Source: an uncultured Fluviicola sp. (GTDB lineage Bacteria; Bacteroidota; Bacteroidia; Flavobacteriales_D; Crocinitomicaceae). Taken from it: 64,000 nt of DNA. The stretch covers positions 22,585 through 86,584 of the forward strand of contig CBFGNC010000015.1 of assembly GCA_965650135.1 (NCBI GenBank). Direction: 5' to 3'. The notes below the pieces were generated by a model. The model was not told where the DNA came from and did not search any database. It saw nothing but the letters and a program-made list of their open reading frames with translations. Position numbers and translations under genes: made by a program. This document shows positions 29,972 to 39,210 of this stretch, one piece after another (position 1 is the stretch's first letter; each line of letters begins with the position of its first letter).

Positions 29972-31153
29972 ATGGCAAAACGAAAATCGGATAACAGCGT
30001 ATTTAAGCAGTTTTTTGAAAGCGAGAAATCCAGTGGGTTGGTGCTGATTGCATTTACTCTCCTGTCTCTTCTGTTGGCCAACTCTTCTATCAAGCATTCT
30101 TATACCGAATTCTGGGAAAATTCCATTGGCGGAATGAAAATCGAACAGTGGGTCAATGATGGCTTAATGGCCGTTTTCTTCCTGTTGGTCGGATTGGAAC
30201 TGAAACGCGAATTCCTGGTCGGAGAGCTTTCTTCACTGAAAAAAGCTACACTTCCAATCTTTAGTGCATTGGGTGGAATGCTTGTTCCTGCTGGAATTTT
30301 TGCTTTTGTAAACCTGGGAAAAGCAACCGTTTCAGGATTCGGGATTCCTATGGCGACAGATATCGCTTTTGCTTTAGGAGCACTTTCGCTATTGGGTAAT
30401 AAAGTCCCACTTTCAATCAAGGTTTTCCTCACAGCATTAGCTGTAATTGATGATCTGGGCGCAATTGTGGTAATCGGCGTATTTTATACCAAAACCATTT
30501 TCTGGCTGAATTTCGCGATTGCATTGGCAATTTTCGGGACACTTCTCATCCTGAACAAACTCAAAGTCACTTCGCTTTTGATTTACATCCCATTGGGAAT
30601 CTCCATGTGGTATTTCATGCTCCATTCCGGGATCCACGCTACGATTACGGGAGTTCTTTTCGCTCTGGCCTTGCCGAGTTTCGGTAGAGGAAACAAAGTA
30701 TCTCCTTCACATCGACTCCAGCAGCTGCTCCACTACCCTGTTCCATTCGTCATCTTGCCTCTGTTTGCTTTGGTGAATACAGCTATCGAAATAGGCCCGA
30801 AATGGGATACGGCGCTATTCAGCAATTCCAGTTTGGGGATTATCCTCGGCCTGGTAGTTGGAAAACCAATCGGAATTATGGTTTTTACCTGGATTTCAAT
30901 CCGGTTCAAACTGGCCGACAAGCCATCAGGAACAACCTGGAACCAGTTATTTGGTGTCGGGATTTTGGGAGGAATTGGTTTCACGATGTCTATTTTTGTC
31001 ACAATCCTGGCTTTCACGGACAAAGAAATCATCAACGATTCGAAATTCGCCATCCTGATTTCCTCCATGTTGGCAGGTATGATCGGTTATTTATGGCTAA
31101 AAGCGAGTTTCAGGAACCGGCCTAAACCAAAGGTAAAAAAAACTCAAGCCTGA
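29972..31153 (+). CDS. nhaA: Na+/H+ antiporter NhaA
   Basis: 393-aa polytopic protein. It carries the NhaA signatures FFLLVGLELKRE and AVIDDLGAI. Confidence 0.9.
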   Translation: MAKRKSDNSVFKQFFESEKSSGLVLIAFTLLSLLLANSSIKHSYTEFWENSIGGMKIEQWVNDGLMAVFFLLVGLELKREFLVGELSSLKKATLPIFSALGGMLVPAGIFAFVNLGKATVSGFGIPMATDIAFALGALSLLGNKVPLSIKVFLTALAVIDDLGAIVVIGVFYTKTIFWLNFAIALAIFGTLLILNKLKVTSLLIYIPLGISMWYFMLHSGIHATITGVLFALALPSFGRGNKVSPSHRLQQLLHYPVPFVILPLFALVNTAIEIGPKWDTALFSNSSLGIILGLVVGKPIGIMVFTWISIRFKLADKPSGTTWNQLFGVGILGGIGFTMSIFVTILAFTDKEIINDSKFAILISSMLAGMIGYLWLKASFRNRPKPKVKKTQA

Positions 31154-31322
31154 AGTGAACTGAGAACAAATCACTTCCCTGTAACCAAACTCCAGTTTGC
31201 TGGTTATTAAGATATACACGCGAATCGCAAAAATCCAATCCCTATAAACAAAATGCTGTGAATATCTCTTTACTGAAAAGGGAAATCATCTTGTATTGGG
31301 ACGTATTTTTGGAAATTGATTC

Positions 31323-32081
31323 ATGTATTCATTTATAAACCAGATGAGAAAAGCAGCAATATTTACACTATTATTTTTGGCAACTCCATTATTGAGTCTA
31401 GCGGAAATAGTTAGAGATACCATCCCGGAAGCTGAAAAAGCAGCGAAAGCAGGTGAAAAGATCACGGCATTGGAATTCGTAATGAAAGGTGGGGTTTTTA
31501 TCATCCCGATCATCATCTTGTTGTTCTACACCTTGTATGTTGTGATTGAGCGTTACCGCTATATCCGTCGCATGTCGGTATATAATTCGAATTTATTGAA
31601 CGACATCCGGATGAACCTGGAAAAAGGGAATATTCAAGATGCATTGAACCAGGTTCAACGCGATCAAAGTGCTTACGGTTCCGTAGTTGCTGAAGGAATC
31701 CAGACTATCGGACGACCCGTTTCTGAAATCGAATCCAATATGGAAAAAGTTGCCAATATTGAAATCGGTAAAATGGAAAAAGGAATGGGAATCCTTGGAT
31801 TGATTGCCGGTATTGCCCCAACCTTCGGATTTATCGGTACGATTGCCGGGGTAATCAAGATCTTCTACAATATCTCGATTTCTGAAAACGTAAGTATCGG
31901 GAATATCTCAGGAGGTCTGTACGAAAAGATGATCAGTTCCGGAGCCGGTTTGGTCGTAGGTATTATCGCTTATTCTTCCTATCACATCCTGAATGCGATG
32001 ATCGATAGCTACACCTTGAAAATTCAGTCAACGAACTTAGGATTTATCAATATCATTCAACGTCCCGGAAAATGGCAATAA
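31323..32081 (+). CDS. exbB: MotA/TolQ/ExbB proton-channel family protein
   Basis: 252 aa with 3 TM segments and the conserved C-terminal half LGLIAGIAPTFGFIGTIAGVI. Confidence 0.8.
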   Translation: MYSFINQMRKAAIFTLLFLATPLLSLAEIVRDTIPEAEKAAKAGEKITALEFVMKGGVFIIPIIILLFYTLYVVIERYRYIRRMSVYNSNLLNDIRMNLEKGNIQDALNQVQRDQSAYGSVVAEGIQTIGRPVSEIESNMEKVANIEIGKMEKGMGILGLIAGIAPTFGFIGTIAGVIKIFYNISISENVSIGNISGGLYEKMISSGAGLVVGIIAYSSYHILNAMIDSYTLKIQSTNLGFINIIQRPGKWQ

Positions 32082-32467
32082 TTCGTAAAAAACGCTTTCA
32101 TGCCGGGGTAGAATCCTCGTCCATGAGTGATATCATGTTCTTCTTGCTTTTGTTCTTTTTGATTATCTCGACATTGGCAAACCCGAACGTGATTACGGTT
32201 CCGCTTCCTGATGCAAAGGATACCGGAAAAACAACTACACAACACCTGACTTTAACCGTAACCAGTGAGAAAAAATATTATCTGGACAAGGAAGAAGTGA
32301 CTCCTGAAAACCTGGAAGTCCGCTTATTACAGGAAACAAAATTGCGAAAAGATGAAACCGTAGTGCTTCGTCCTGCGTATGACCTGGATGTACAGGAATT
32401 GATAGACTTATTGCAACTTGGACTGAAACATCAATTGAAGTTTGTAATTGCTACCAAGGCCGGATAA
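32072..32467 (+). CDS. exbD: ExbD/TolR biopolymer transport protein
   Basis: 131 aa with the single-TM segment SDIMFFLLLFFLI. It overlaps the exbB stop by 10 nt. Confidence 0.8.
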   Translation: MAIIRKKRFHAGVESSSMSDIMFFLLLFFLIISTLANPNVITVPLPDAKDTGKTTTQHLTLTVTSEKKYYLDKEEVTPENLEVRLLQETKLRKDETVVLRPAYDLDVQELIDLLQLGLKHQLKFVIATKAG

Positions 32468-32516
32468 GAACTGTAGTTGATTACAATCACCGCGGTTTCA
32501 TTTAAAATCAAGAAAT

Positions 32517-33263
32517 ATGTCTATTCGTGTTGAAACGGAACAAACTTACGGGTTCAGAGATCGTAAAATAGCCGGGATAATCGCATTCACGGCTTTTGTG
32601 TTGTTAGCCGCCCTGCTTGGTTTTATCGGATACCATATTTCTAATCCCCCGTTGCCAAAACAGTTAGCCTCTGAGGAAATGACACTTATTCCTCTTGATG
32701 CCCAGATTTTGGAACAAGGCCGTAAAGATGGTGGATCGGGAACTCCTGCCAAAGCAGAAAAATCAAGAATGACACCACAACAAATGGATCAGATCCTAAC
32801 GCAACAGAACAGTACTTCACATGCGAAATCAGGGAATTCCAATATCACGAACACACACACACCGAACAATAATCCTTCAAATGCGAAATATGTGAGTGAC
32901 AATCCATTTGCAACCGGTGGAATCAATGAAGGTAAATACGGAGGAGAGAATAATACAGTAATGCACGATAATCAAGACAGTGATTCCAAATTGACAGAAA
33001 AGGTAAATCGTTTCTTGATCAAAACCCCGAATACGACGAATATCAAATCAGACGAAAACTGCAAAATTGTCTTAGCTGTTTTGGTAGATCCGAATGGAAC
33101 TATTATTGGAAGTCCGGCTATGGTAAAGGGCAGCTCTACGACCAACAATATGGCCTTGGTCAACCAGGTAATCGGCACAGTAAAGAATCAAGCGAAATTT
33201 AATAAAGTGGATGCAACAAAGAATACGAAGGAGACAATAGCCATTCGTATTATCGCAAACTAA
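32517..33263 (+). CDS. membrane-anchored protein with a TonB-C-like C-terminal domain (paralog A, N/S/T/Q-rich linker)
   Basis: 248 aa with one N-terminal TM helix. The C-terminal ~70 aa follow the TonB_C-like pattern (CKIVLAVLVDPNGTIIG...FNKV...IAIRI). The domain call is by eye only. Confidence 0.45.
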   Translation: MSIRVETEQTYGFRDRKIAGIIAFTAFVLLAALLGFIGYHISNPPLPKQLASEEMTLIPLDAQILEQGRKDGGSGTPAKAEKSRMTPQQMDQILTQQNSTSHAKSGNSNITNTHTPNNNPSNAKYVSDNPFATGGINEGKYGGENNTVMHDNQDSDSKLTEKVNRFLIKTPNTTNIKSDENCKIVLAVLVDPNGTIIGSPAMVKGSSTTNNMALVNQVIGTVKNQAKFNKVDATKNTKETIAIRIIAN

Positions 33264-33346
33264 TTTGCTAAAAGACATTAAAAAAATGAACTATTTCGTC
33301 CTTCAGTGGTAAATTAAGGAATAGGAAAAACATAAAACGAATACAC

Positions 33347-34120
33347 ATGGAAGAATTTGGTTTAGAAACAGAAAAAGCTTACGAAATAAAAGATCGTAAA
33401 GTTGCCGGAATCATCGCCCTATCCGCGTTTGTATTGCTACTGGCTATTCTGCATTTCCTAGGATACCGCATTCCTACTCCTCCACTTCCTGAACAATTGC
33501 TGTACAAGGACATGGAAATGGAACTCATCCCTCTGGAATTGCAAGACTTACCAACAGGCACCGGTGGTGGTGGATCCGGAACTCCTGCAAAAGTGGAGCA
33601 AACAGACAAAACGCCGCCTCAAAGAGAGCAAATACTGACAGACAAAAGCAGTGCTACACATGTGAAAGAGGGAGGCTCAAGATTCAATAATACAGACAAC
33701 CCCAACAACAATCCTCCAAGCGGGCAACATGTTAGTGACAATCCATTCGGAACAGGCGGAAGCGGCGGTGGAAGCGGTTCAGGAAACGGACAAGGAATTG
33801 GAAACGACGATGGAAACGGAACCGGACCAGGAGCTGGCGGTGACGGATCAGGTGGAAACGTAAGACGCTACCTGGTTGAAGAACCCAATACGACCAATAT
33901 CAAATCCGATGAGAATTGTAAGATTATCTTGTCTGTTCTGGTGGATCCGAACGGAAACATCATTGGAAAGCCAACCTTCGTGAAAAGCAGCTCCACTACA
34001 AATGATATGGTTTTGATAAACCAGGTTGTGAACGCTGTTAAGAATCAGGCCCGGTTCAATAAAATCACCGGTTCGAAGAATATGAAACAAGCGATTACCA
34101 TTCGCATTGTTGCAAACTAG
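33347..34120 (+). CDS. membrane-anchored protein with a TonB-C-like C-terminal domain (paralog B, Gly-rich linker)
   Basis: 257 aa, a tandem paralog of 32517..33263. In my hand alignment 57 of 85 C-terminal residues are identical. The linker is GGSGGGSGSGNGQGIGNDDGNGTGPGAGGDGSGGN. Confidence 0.45.
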   Translation: MEEFGLETEKAYEIKDRKVAGIIALSAFVLLLAILHFLGYRIPTPPLPEQLLYKDMEMELIPLELQDLPTGTGGGGSGTPAKVEQTDKTPPQREQILTDKSSATHVKEGGSRFNNTDNPNNNPPSGQHVSDNPFGTGGSGGGSGSGNGQGIGNDDGNGTGPGAGGDGSGGNVRRYLVEEPNTTNIKSDENCKIILSVLVDPNGNIIGKPTFVKSSSTTNDMVLINQVVNAVKNQARFNKITGSKNMKQAITIRIVAN

Positions 34121-34196
34121 TTTTCGTTAAAAGTCGTTTAAAAAGAGAATTTCTTCATTTTTACTTGTAGATTTAAACTGGTTTACAAAGAGGTTT

Positions 34197-35144
34197 ATGT
34201 TATTCGTATATATTCTATTTATACTCATTATTATTTTTTCACTCTACCAATATGTAGATAATAGCGAGTGGGAGGAATTTCACGCGAAAAATTTCAAAAC
34301 AATTTTCGAGCATCGGAATAAACGGTATGGAGCTTACCAGATCAGAAGCAAGCAACCTACTATCATGATGTATGTTCTCCTTGGAGTGGTTTTGTTGGGA
34401 GTGATTGCGGTATATGCCAAAACGATAGTAGACAATTATGAGGGTCTGAATGCCATGACCTTCAGCGATGTTTCAGACACGACCCAGTTTACGCTAAATA
34501 ACCAGAACGTAGAAGAAACTCCTCCATCCCAATTCAATTACCAGGGAGAAAATGGAGATGGGCTTCCCGAAGCAAAGGACGGGGGTGAAAAAGCGGAAGA
34601 TAATCCCGAAACGGATCAGGCTTCCCAGGAACAACCGCGACCAAAACCTGAAAAAACAAAACCCAGATCTCCGGAAGAATCCATCCAGGATTTTGAGAAA
34701 CAGCAATTCGAAATGACCGGTGGTGCCGCTGAAAGGGAAAAGATCCAAAAGGATATGGAACAACGCAAGAAAGAGCGTGAAGAAAAGAAAAGACAACAAC
34801 AGAAACAGGAAGGTGGAAACGGTGGGAATATCGGTACAAATAGCGGTGTCCAGGGAAAAACACTTGCCGAATGGAATATGAACGGGCGAAAACCTCACCA
34901 GAACAATCCGGATTACATTAAAATTCCGGGTTACATGTGTGGAAAAGGGGTCAATGAGAAAATCGTGGTAAAAGTGAAAGTGAATTCCAATGGCGATGTG
35001 TATTGGGCACAATCACAAGCACCGGAAGGAGCAAATCCATGTTGTGTCGAACAGGCGATGAATTACGCGAAGAAATCACGCTTCGAATACGCGGCTACTC
35101 CAATCCAGGAAGGAACCATCACTTATTATTTCAAGGCACAGTAA
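34197..35144 (+). CDS. energy transducer TonB-like protein (charged E/K/Q/P linker)
   Basis: 315 aa. The N-terminal FEHRNKRYGAYQIR motif, which I associate with flavobacterial TonB proteins, is followed by a TM helix, a PRPKPEKTKPRSPEE / EREEKKRQQQKQ linker and a C-terminal TonB_C-like fold. Confidence 0.55.
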   Translation: MLFVYILFILIIIFSLYQYVDNSEWEEFHAKNFKTIFEHRNKRYGAYQIRSKQPTIMMYVLLGVVLLGVIAVYAKTIVDNYEGLNAMTFSDVSDTTQFTLNNQNVEETPPSQFNYQGENGDGLPEAKDGGEKAEDNPETDQASQEQPRPKPEKTKPRSPEESIQDFEKQQFEMTGGAAEREKIQKDMEQRKKEREEKKRQQQKQEGGNGGNIGTNSGVQGKTLAEWNMNGRKPHQNNPDYIKIPGYMCGKGVNEKIVVKVKVNSNGDVYWAQSQAPEGANPCCVEQAMNYAKKSRFEYAATPIQEGTITYYFKAQ

Positions 35145-35148
35145 TCAC

Positions 35149-36393
35149 ATGAATTATCCCGAAACCATCGATTGGTTGTTTCAACAATTTCCAGCTTACC
35201 ATAACTTAGGTGCGCAAGCTTATAATCCGGGACTGAAAAACATCGAAGAACTGAGTGCCTTTTTCCATAATCCGGAAAAGGAATTGCGCTTCATTCATGT
35301 GGGAGGAACCAACGGAAAAGGTTCGGTTTCGAACATGTTGGCCTCTATTCTCACTGAAAGTGGCGAGAAGGTCGGATTGTTCACTTCCCCTCACCTATTC
35401 GACTTCACAGAACGGATTCGCATCAATGGTGCTACAATCGACGAGCAATTTGTAATTGAATTTTGCGAAAAAGTGAGGAATCACTCCTGGAATATTGAAC
35501 CTTCCTTCTTTGAAATTACCTGGATGATGGCCATTCAATACTTCAATCAGCATCATTGCTCTATCGTCGTGGCCGAAGTTGGTTTGGGAGGTCGATTGGA
35601 TGCAACGAATATCATCCGTCCCATTATTTCCGTCATCACCAACATCGGGTTGGACCACGTGAATATTTTGGGTGATACCCGTGCGAAAATCGCCTTTGAA
35701 AAAGCAGGGATTATTAAACGACATATTCCAGTTGTAATCGGAGAGGTCGATCCGGAAACTTTTCCGGTTTTCGAAAGCGTTTCCAAGGAAATGGAAGCCG
35801 AAATCATCGTCCCAAAAAATGTGGAATCCTTGCCAAAAGGAATTATCGGTTACCAGGTCGGGAATTACCGTATCGTTTCCGCAGTGTGTGATTACCTGGA
35901 AGGACAGCACTTTTCATGTGATCAAGCAACTCGCGAACGGGGAATCCGAAACCTGAAAAAAAATACCGGGTTCTTTGGCAGGATGGAGGTCATTTCACAA
36001 AAACCATTAACAATCGTGGATTGCGCGCACAATGCGGAAGGAATCCATGCCTTGTTTGATTCTATCAAAAATCTGAACCAAGGAACGCTTCATTGTATCT
36101 ATGGAACCAGTTCGGATAAGGATCTGGATGCTATTCTGGATGAATTTCCAGCAGATGCCCATTTTTATTTCACCACTTTTGCCAATCCGAGAAGCGCCAA
36201 TTTGGACGATTTAATGGAAAAAACAGGTTTACGGGTAGAAAAAAAACAATTTTTTAATTCTCCGGTAAAAGCATTATCAAAAGCGCAAGAATCTGCAAAC
36301 AAAGCCGATACGATTTTAATTTTCGGCTCGTTCTTTTTGGTTCATGATTTTTTTGAAGTTTTTTTCAAAAATTCACTTGCAGAAAAGAAATAA
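35149..36393 (+). CDS. folC: bifunctional folylpolyglutamate synthase / dihydrofolate synthase
   Basis: 414 aa with the Mur-ligase-type P-loop GGTNGKGS and the FolC-like segment VAEVGLGGRLDATN. Confidence 0.85.
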   Translation: MNYPETIDWLFQQFPAYHNLGAQAYNPGLKNIEELSAFFHNPEKELRFIHVGGTNGKGSVSNMLASILTESGEKVGLFTSPHLFDFTERIRINGATIDEQFVIEFCEKVRNHSWNIEPSFFEITWMMAIQYFNQHHCSIVVAEVGLGGRLDATNIIRPIISVITNIGLDHVNILGDTRAKIAFEKAGIIKRHIPVVIGEVDPETFPVFESVSKEMEAEIIVPKNVESLPKGIIGYQVGNYRIVSAVCDYLEGQHFSCDQATRERGIRNLKKNTGFFGRMEVISQKPLTIVDCAHNAEGIHALFDSIKNLNQGTLHCIYGTSSDKDLDAILDEFPADAHFYFTTFANPRSANLDDLMEKTGLRVEKKQFFNSPVKALSKAQESANKADTILIFGSFFLVHDFFEVFFKNSLAEKK

Positions 36394-36455
36394 TGCCTTA
36401 TATTTGCACTCGCGTTTGAGTTACAACGGTAGCTCGCTAAACGAAAATAAAATAC

Positions 36456-36533
<78 letters not shown>

Positions 36534-36545
36534 CCACGAAAGTAG

Positions 36546-36578
36546 AAAAAGGCCTTGCAGATTTGTGAGGCTTTTTTA
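36546..36578 (+). terminator. hairpin plus T-run directly after tRNA-Val
   Basis: aaaggcct / aggctttt give 8 pairs including one G-U, with a 12-nt loop and a T6 run. Confidence 0.45.
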
Positions 36579-36598
36579 TTTGTAGAAATCCACTATTC

Positions 36599-36898
36599 AT
36601 GTTCTACACTTACATTCTCTACTCCAAGTCAACAGATTCATTTTACAAAGGATCGACCCAAGATATTCAAGAACGCCTTAGAAAACATAATGGAAGGTTT
36701 GAAAAAGCGACACGATTTGGAGCACCTTGGATATTGCTTTGGTATATGGAAAAACCATCTAAAGGTGAAGCTCAAATTCTAGAATACAAACTCAAAAATT
36801 TATCTCGAAAAAGAACATGTGATTTCATGCTAAAATACATTGACGGAGTCGGCGGACCTGACGAATTGCTTCTTATAAAGCAATTGTCAGGATGCTGA
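36599..36898 (+). CDS. GIY-YIG nuclease family protein (small stand-alone URI-domain type)
   Basis: 99 aa. The N-terminus FYTYILYSKSTDSFYKGSTQDIQERLRKHN matches the GIY-(10-11 aa)-YxG core and the R..H motif. A conserved Glu context is also present (GEAQILEYKLKN). Confidence 0.8.
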   Translation: MFYTYILYSKSTDSFYKGSTQDIQERLRKHNGRFEKATRFGAPWILLWYMEKPSKGEAQILEYKLKNLSRKRTCDFMLKYIDGVGGPDELLLIKQLSGC

Positions 36899-36912
36899 CC
36901 GTAGCGTCAGCA

Positions 36913-36935
36913 TTCGAATCCGTCATTCCCCACCA
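36913..36935 (+). repeat. exact 23-nt copy of the tRNA-Val T-loop/acceptor/CCA end
   Basis: ttcgaatccgtcattccccacca is identical to 36511-36533. Degenerate similarity continues upstream (caggatg, gtcAgcA versus gtcGgcG). Confidence 0.95.
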
Positions 36936-36940
36936 AAAAG

Positions 36941-36980
36941 AAAAAAGCGAATTACGAAAGTAGTTCGCTTTTTTCTTTTT
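36941..36980 (+). terminator. intrinsic terminator after the duplicated tRNA end
   Basis: Stem agcgaa/ttcgct is extended by A-T pairs, has a 12-nt loop, and is followed by ttttttcttttt. Confidence 0.6.
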
Positions 36981-37142
36981 ACCTCATTCTCCCTCTGTTT
37001 CTCATTCTGACCTTTTTCCTTTTCAGAACGAGAATGAGGAAAATCCCGGTTCGAAGCTAAGATTTAAACTCCTCCCGAAAAGCTTAAAAAAAGAAATCTT
37101 GACTAGATTCGTCAATAAGAAAACACTAAAAACCGCATAACA

Positions 37143-37976
37143 ATGAAAAAATCAATTGGCCTTCTTTGTGCAATTCTCTCATTATTCCTTTGCACAAATT
37201 ATTCTTTTACTCAAAAAGTAATCTATGATGAGGACACGATAAAAATTGATGGAAAACCTTATGCGATAATGAAAAAGAAAAACGCAGGTCCGATGAGAAG
37301 TGATTTTGCTGTTAGCAGTTTATCGGGGACAGAACTTCTGTATTTTAAATCTACCTTGCGCGATTGGACGGGAAGTGGCTTTCGGTTTGGTCAAGGCGAA
37401 GAATTATATTATCGGGTTAATTTTATAGCAACCGGCAGCAAAGCGGATTTAAAGTATTATAATGGGAATGGTTTTGCAAAATTAGTAGTGGAAAATAATC
37501 TGATAAAAGGAAACACTATTGATCCGGAATCTGAAAAAAGATTCATTCAGCTTAATAATGGCTGGTTTCCTTCCAATTCTAATTCCCAACCTGACAAGTC
37601 ACCAGCGGTAATAGTGAATATTAACAATAACAACGGAGGATCAGGAGAGAATACAACTATTCCGGCAGCAATTGCTCCAAAATCAAAGTCCCCTGTTACA
37701 ATAGAAGGAAATCAAATCATTCGGGATGGAGCCACTATTGGAAAATTCAAGCAGGAAACGACATCCTCTGCTTATTCACAAAAATCAGTTATTGTTATTA
37801 TTTATTCCGAAGGAGGTGAAAAAGTTGCAGAAGCATCCGCTCCATTTGAAAACCCTCAGGAATGGAATGTCAAGACTCTCACCGACAATAAAACATTTAA
37901 CCTTTTGTATGATTCACCAAACGAAAAAGAAAAGCTTTTCAAATGGCTGGCTGACAAAAATTATTTGACAAATTAA
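37143..37976 (+). CDS. hypothetical secreted protein
   Basis: 277 aa with a signal peptide (MKKSIGLLCAILSLFLCTNYSFTQ) and an N/S/G-rich central linker. I recognise no family. Confidence 0.4.
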   Translation: MKKSIGLLCAILSLFLCTNYSFTQKVIYDEDTIKIDGKPYAIMKKKNAGPMRSDFAVSSLSGTELLYFKSTLRDWTGSGFRFGQGEELYYRVNFIATGSKADLKYYNGNGFAKLVVENNLIKGNTIDPESEKRFIQLNNGWFPSNSNSQPDKSPAVIVNINNNNGGSGENTTIPAAIAPKSKSPVTIEGNQIIRDGATIGKFKQETTSSAYSQKSVIVIIYSEGGEKVAEASAPFENPQEWNVKTLTDNKTFNLLYDSPNEKEKLFKWLADKNYLTN

Positions 37977-38069
37977 AAAGTTTCAGCGGTTAAATCTTTT
38001 GCATTTTCACCTTTTTCATGCTTCAAAAAATTGTACCTTAAGAGATAATCTCCTTCAATACAATGAAAT

Positions 38070-38480
38070 ATGAAAACATCCCTCTTTCAAAACGTGATGA
38101 GAATCCTCCTTGGAACATTTATGTTATTGGCAGGTATCGGTCATCTAACCTTCCAACGAACAGAATTCCTGGCACAAGTTCCCCGCTGGCTTCCCGATAG
38201 CCCGAGTTTTATGGACTTCATTGTCGTCTCATCTGGAGTTGTGGAAATTATTTTTGGATTAGCTATGATATTTTGGGTAAAACAAAAAATCAAAGTTGGG
38301 ATTGCATTAGCCATTTTCTATGTCCTTGTTTTCCCGGGAAACATATCGCAATACACCAATGGAATTGACGCTTTTGGATTAGATACCGACCTAAAACGAT
38401 TGATCCGGTTATTTTTCCAACCCGTGCTGATCTTATGGGCCCTTTGGTCAACCGGAGCATTCAACAGAAAAGCAACATAA
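38070..38480 (+). CDS. small 4-TM membrane protein (DoxX-like)
   Basis: 136 aa with four hydrophobic segments. The family call is tentative. Confidence 0.35.
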   Translation: MKTSLFQNVMRILLGTFMLLAGIGHLTFQRTEFLAQVPRWLPDSPSFMDFIVVSSGVVEIIFGLAMIFWVKQKIKVGIALAIFYVLVFPGNISQYTNGIDAFGLDTDLKRLIRLFFQPVLILWALWSTGAFNRKAT

Positions 38481-38660
38481 ATTTGTGTAATTGTGCCGGG
38501 GATTCAATCCCTGTTAAGTTGTCTATCCGTCTTCCTTTTGCTAAGGAGAAACCGAGGCAAGATAGCAGTTTCAATCTTCTTCGACTACCAATTCAATTCC
38601 ATTTTGCTCGAAAGACCTAATGTATCAGATTGTTTTGCTACTATTGAAGTGATAACACGA

Positions 38661-38703
38661 CAAAACCAAAAACACCGCCCGGAATCAAATCCAAGCGGTG
38701 TTT
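38661..38703 (-). terminator. intrinsic terminator downstream of the marR-like gene
   Basis: 9-bp stem aaacaccgc/gcggtgttt, followed on the - strand by tttttggtttt. Confidence 0.6.
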
Positions 38704-38725
38704 ACAAAACTGATAGGAAGATCAC

Positions 38726-39181
38726 CTATTTCTTACAATTGCTTGCAATCTGAGTCATCACCTTCGTAGCAATTTCCATTTCTTCCTGGGTAAGCCCGGT
38801 TAGAGCAGTTGCCCGATTGGTCGGAATTACTTCATCCATTGCATCCATTGCGTCCAATGCTTTCTGGGTCACCAGGATATCCATCTTGCGGCGATCTGTT
38901 TTGTTGATCTTACGCTTGAGGTATTTCGCCTCGACCAGCAGGTTAATCATTCGGTTCACAGAAGCTGCGTCCTTAAAAACCAATTCTGAAATCTCGTTTT
39001 GTTGGATCTTGGGGTTTTCAATCAAACAACGGATGACCAGCCACTGATCAATTGTAATCTGGTGTCCCAAAGACCTTAATCGAGCTTGTGCGAATTGCCG
39101 ATAAGTTCTAATAGCTCTGTCGATCTTATAAAAAATAATCGAATCTAGTTTTTCCACTTGTAAAATGTTGTTGTAGTACAT
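38726..39181 (-). CDS. MarR family transcriptional regulator
   Basis: 151 aa with a winged-HTH core (ITIDQWLVIRCLIENPKIQQNEISELVFKDAASVNRMINLLVEAKYLKRKINKTDRR). Confidence 0.8.
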   Translation of the reverse strand: MYYNNILQVEKLDSIIFYKIDRAIRTYRQFAQARLRSLGHQITIDQWLVIRCLIENPKIQQNEISELVFKDAASVNRMINLLVEAKYLKRKINKTDRRKMDILVTQKALDAMDAMDEVIPTNRATALTGLTQEEMEIATKVMTQIASNCKK

Positions 39182-39210
39182 GATAAATTGAGTTATAGTA
39201 ATAACGTCAA

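Larger units (their letters stand above)
36534..36935 (+). mobile_element. putative single-gene GIY-YIG cassette inserted at the tRNA-Val 3' end
   Basis: A 379-bp insert carries only the GIY-YIG ORF. It is flanked by exact 23-nt direct repeats at 36511-36533 and 36913-36935. Confidence 0.4.

Noticed and set aside
34494-35910. Long minus-strand ORFs of 172 aa (34494..35012) and 171 aa (35395..35910)
   Set aside because: They are antisense to the TonB-like and folC genes. Their composition mirrors the sense-strand codon bias, and they have no motifs or signal sequences.
38494-38512. T-arm-like sequence cgggg-attcaat-ccctg, considered as a second tRNA-derived att site closing a genomic island that starts at tRNA-Val
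   Set aside because: The loop starts with A rather than the invariant TTC context, and no acceptor-stem or CCA continuation follows. It shares no extended identity with the 23-nt tRNA-Val repeat.
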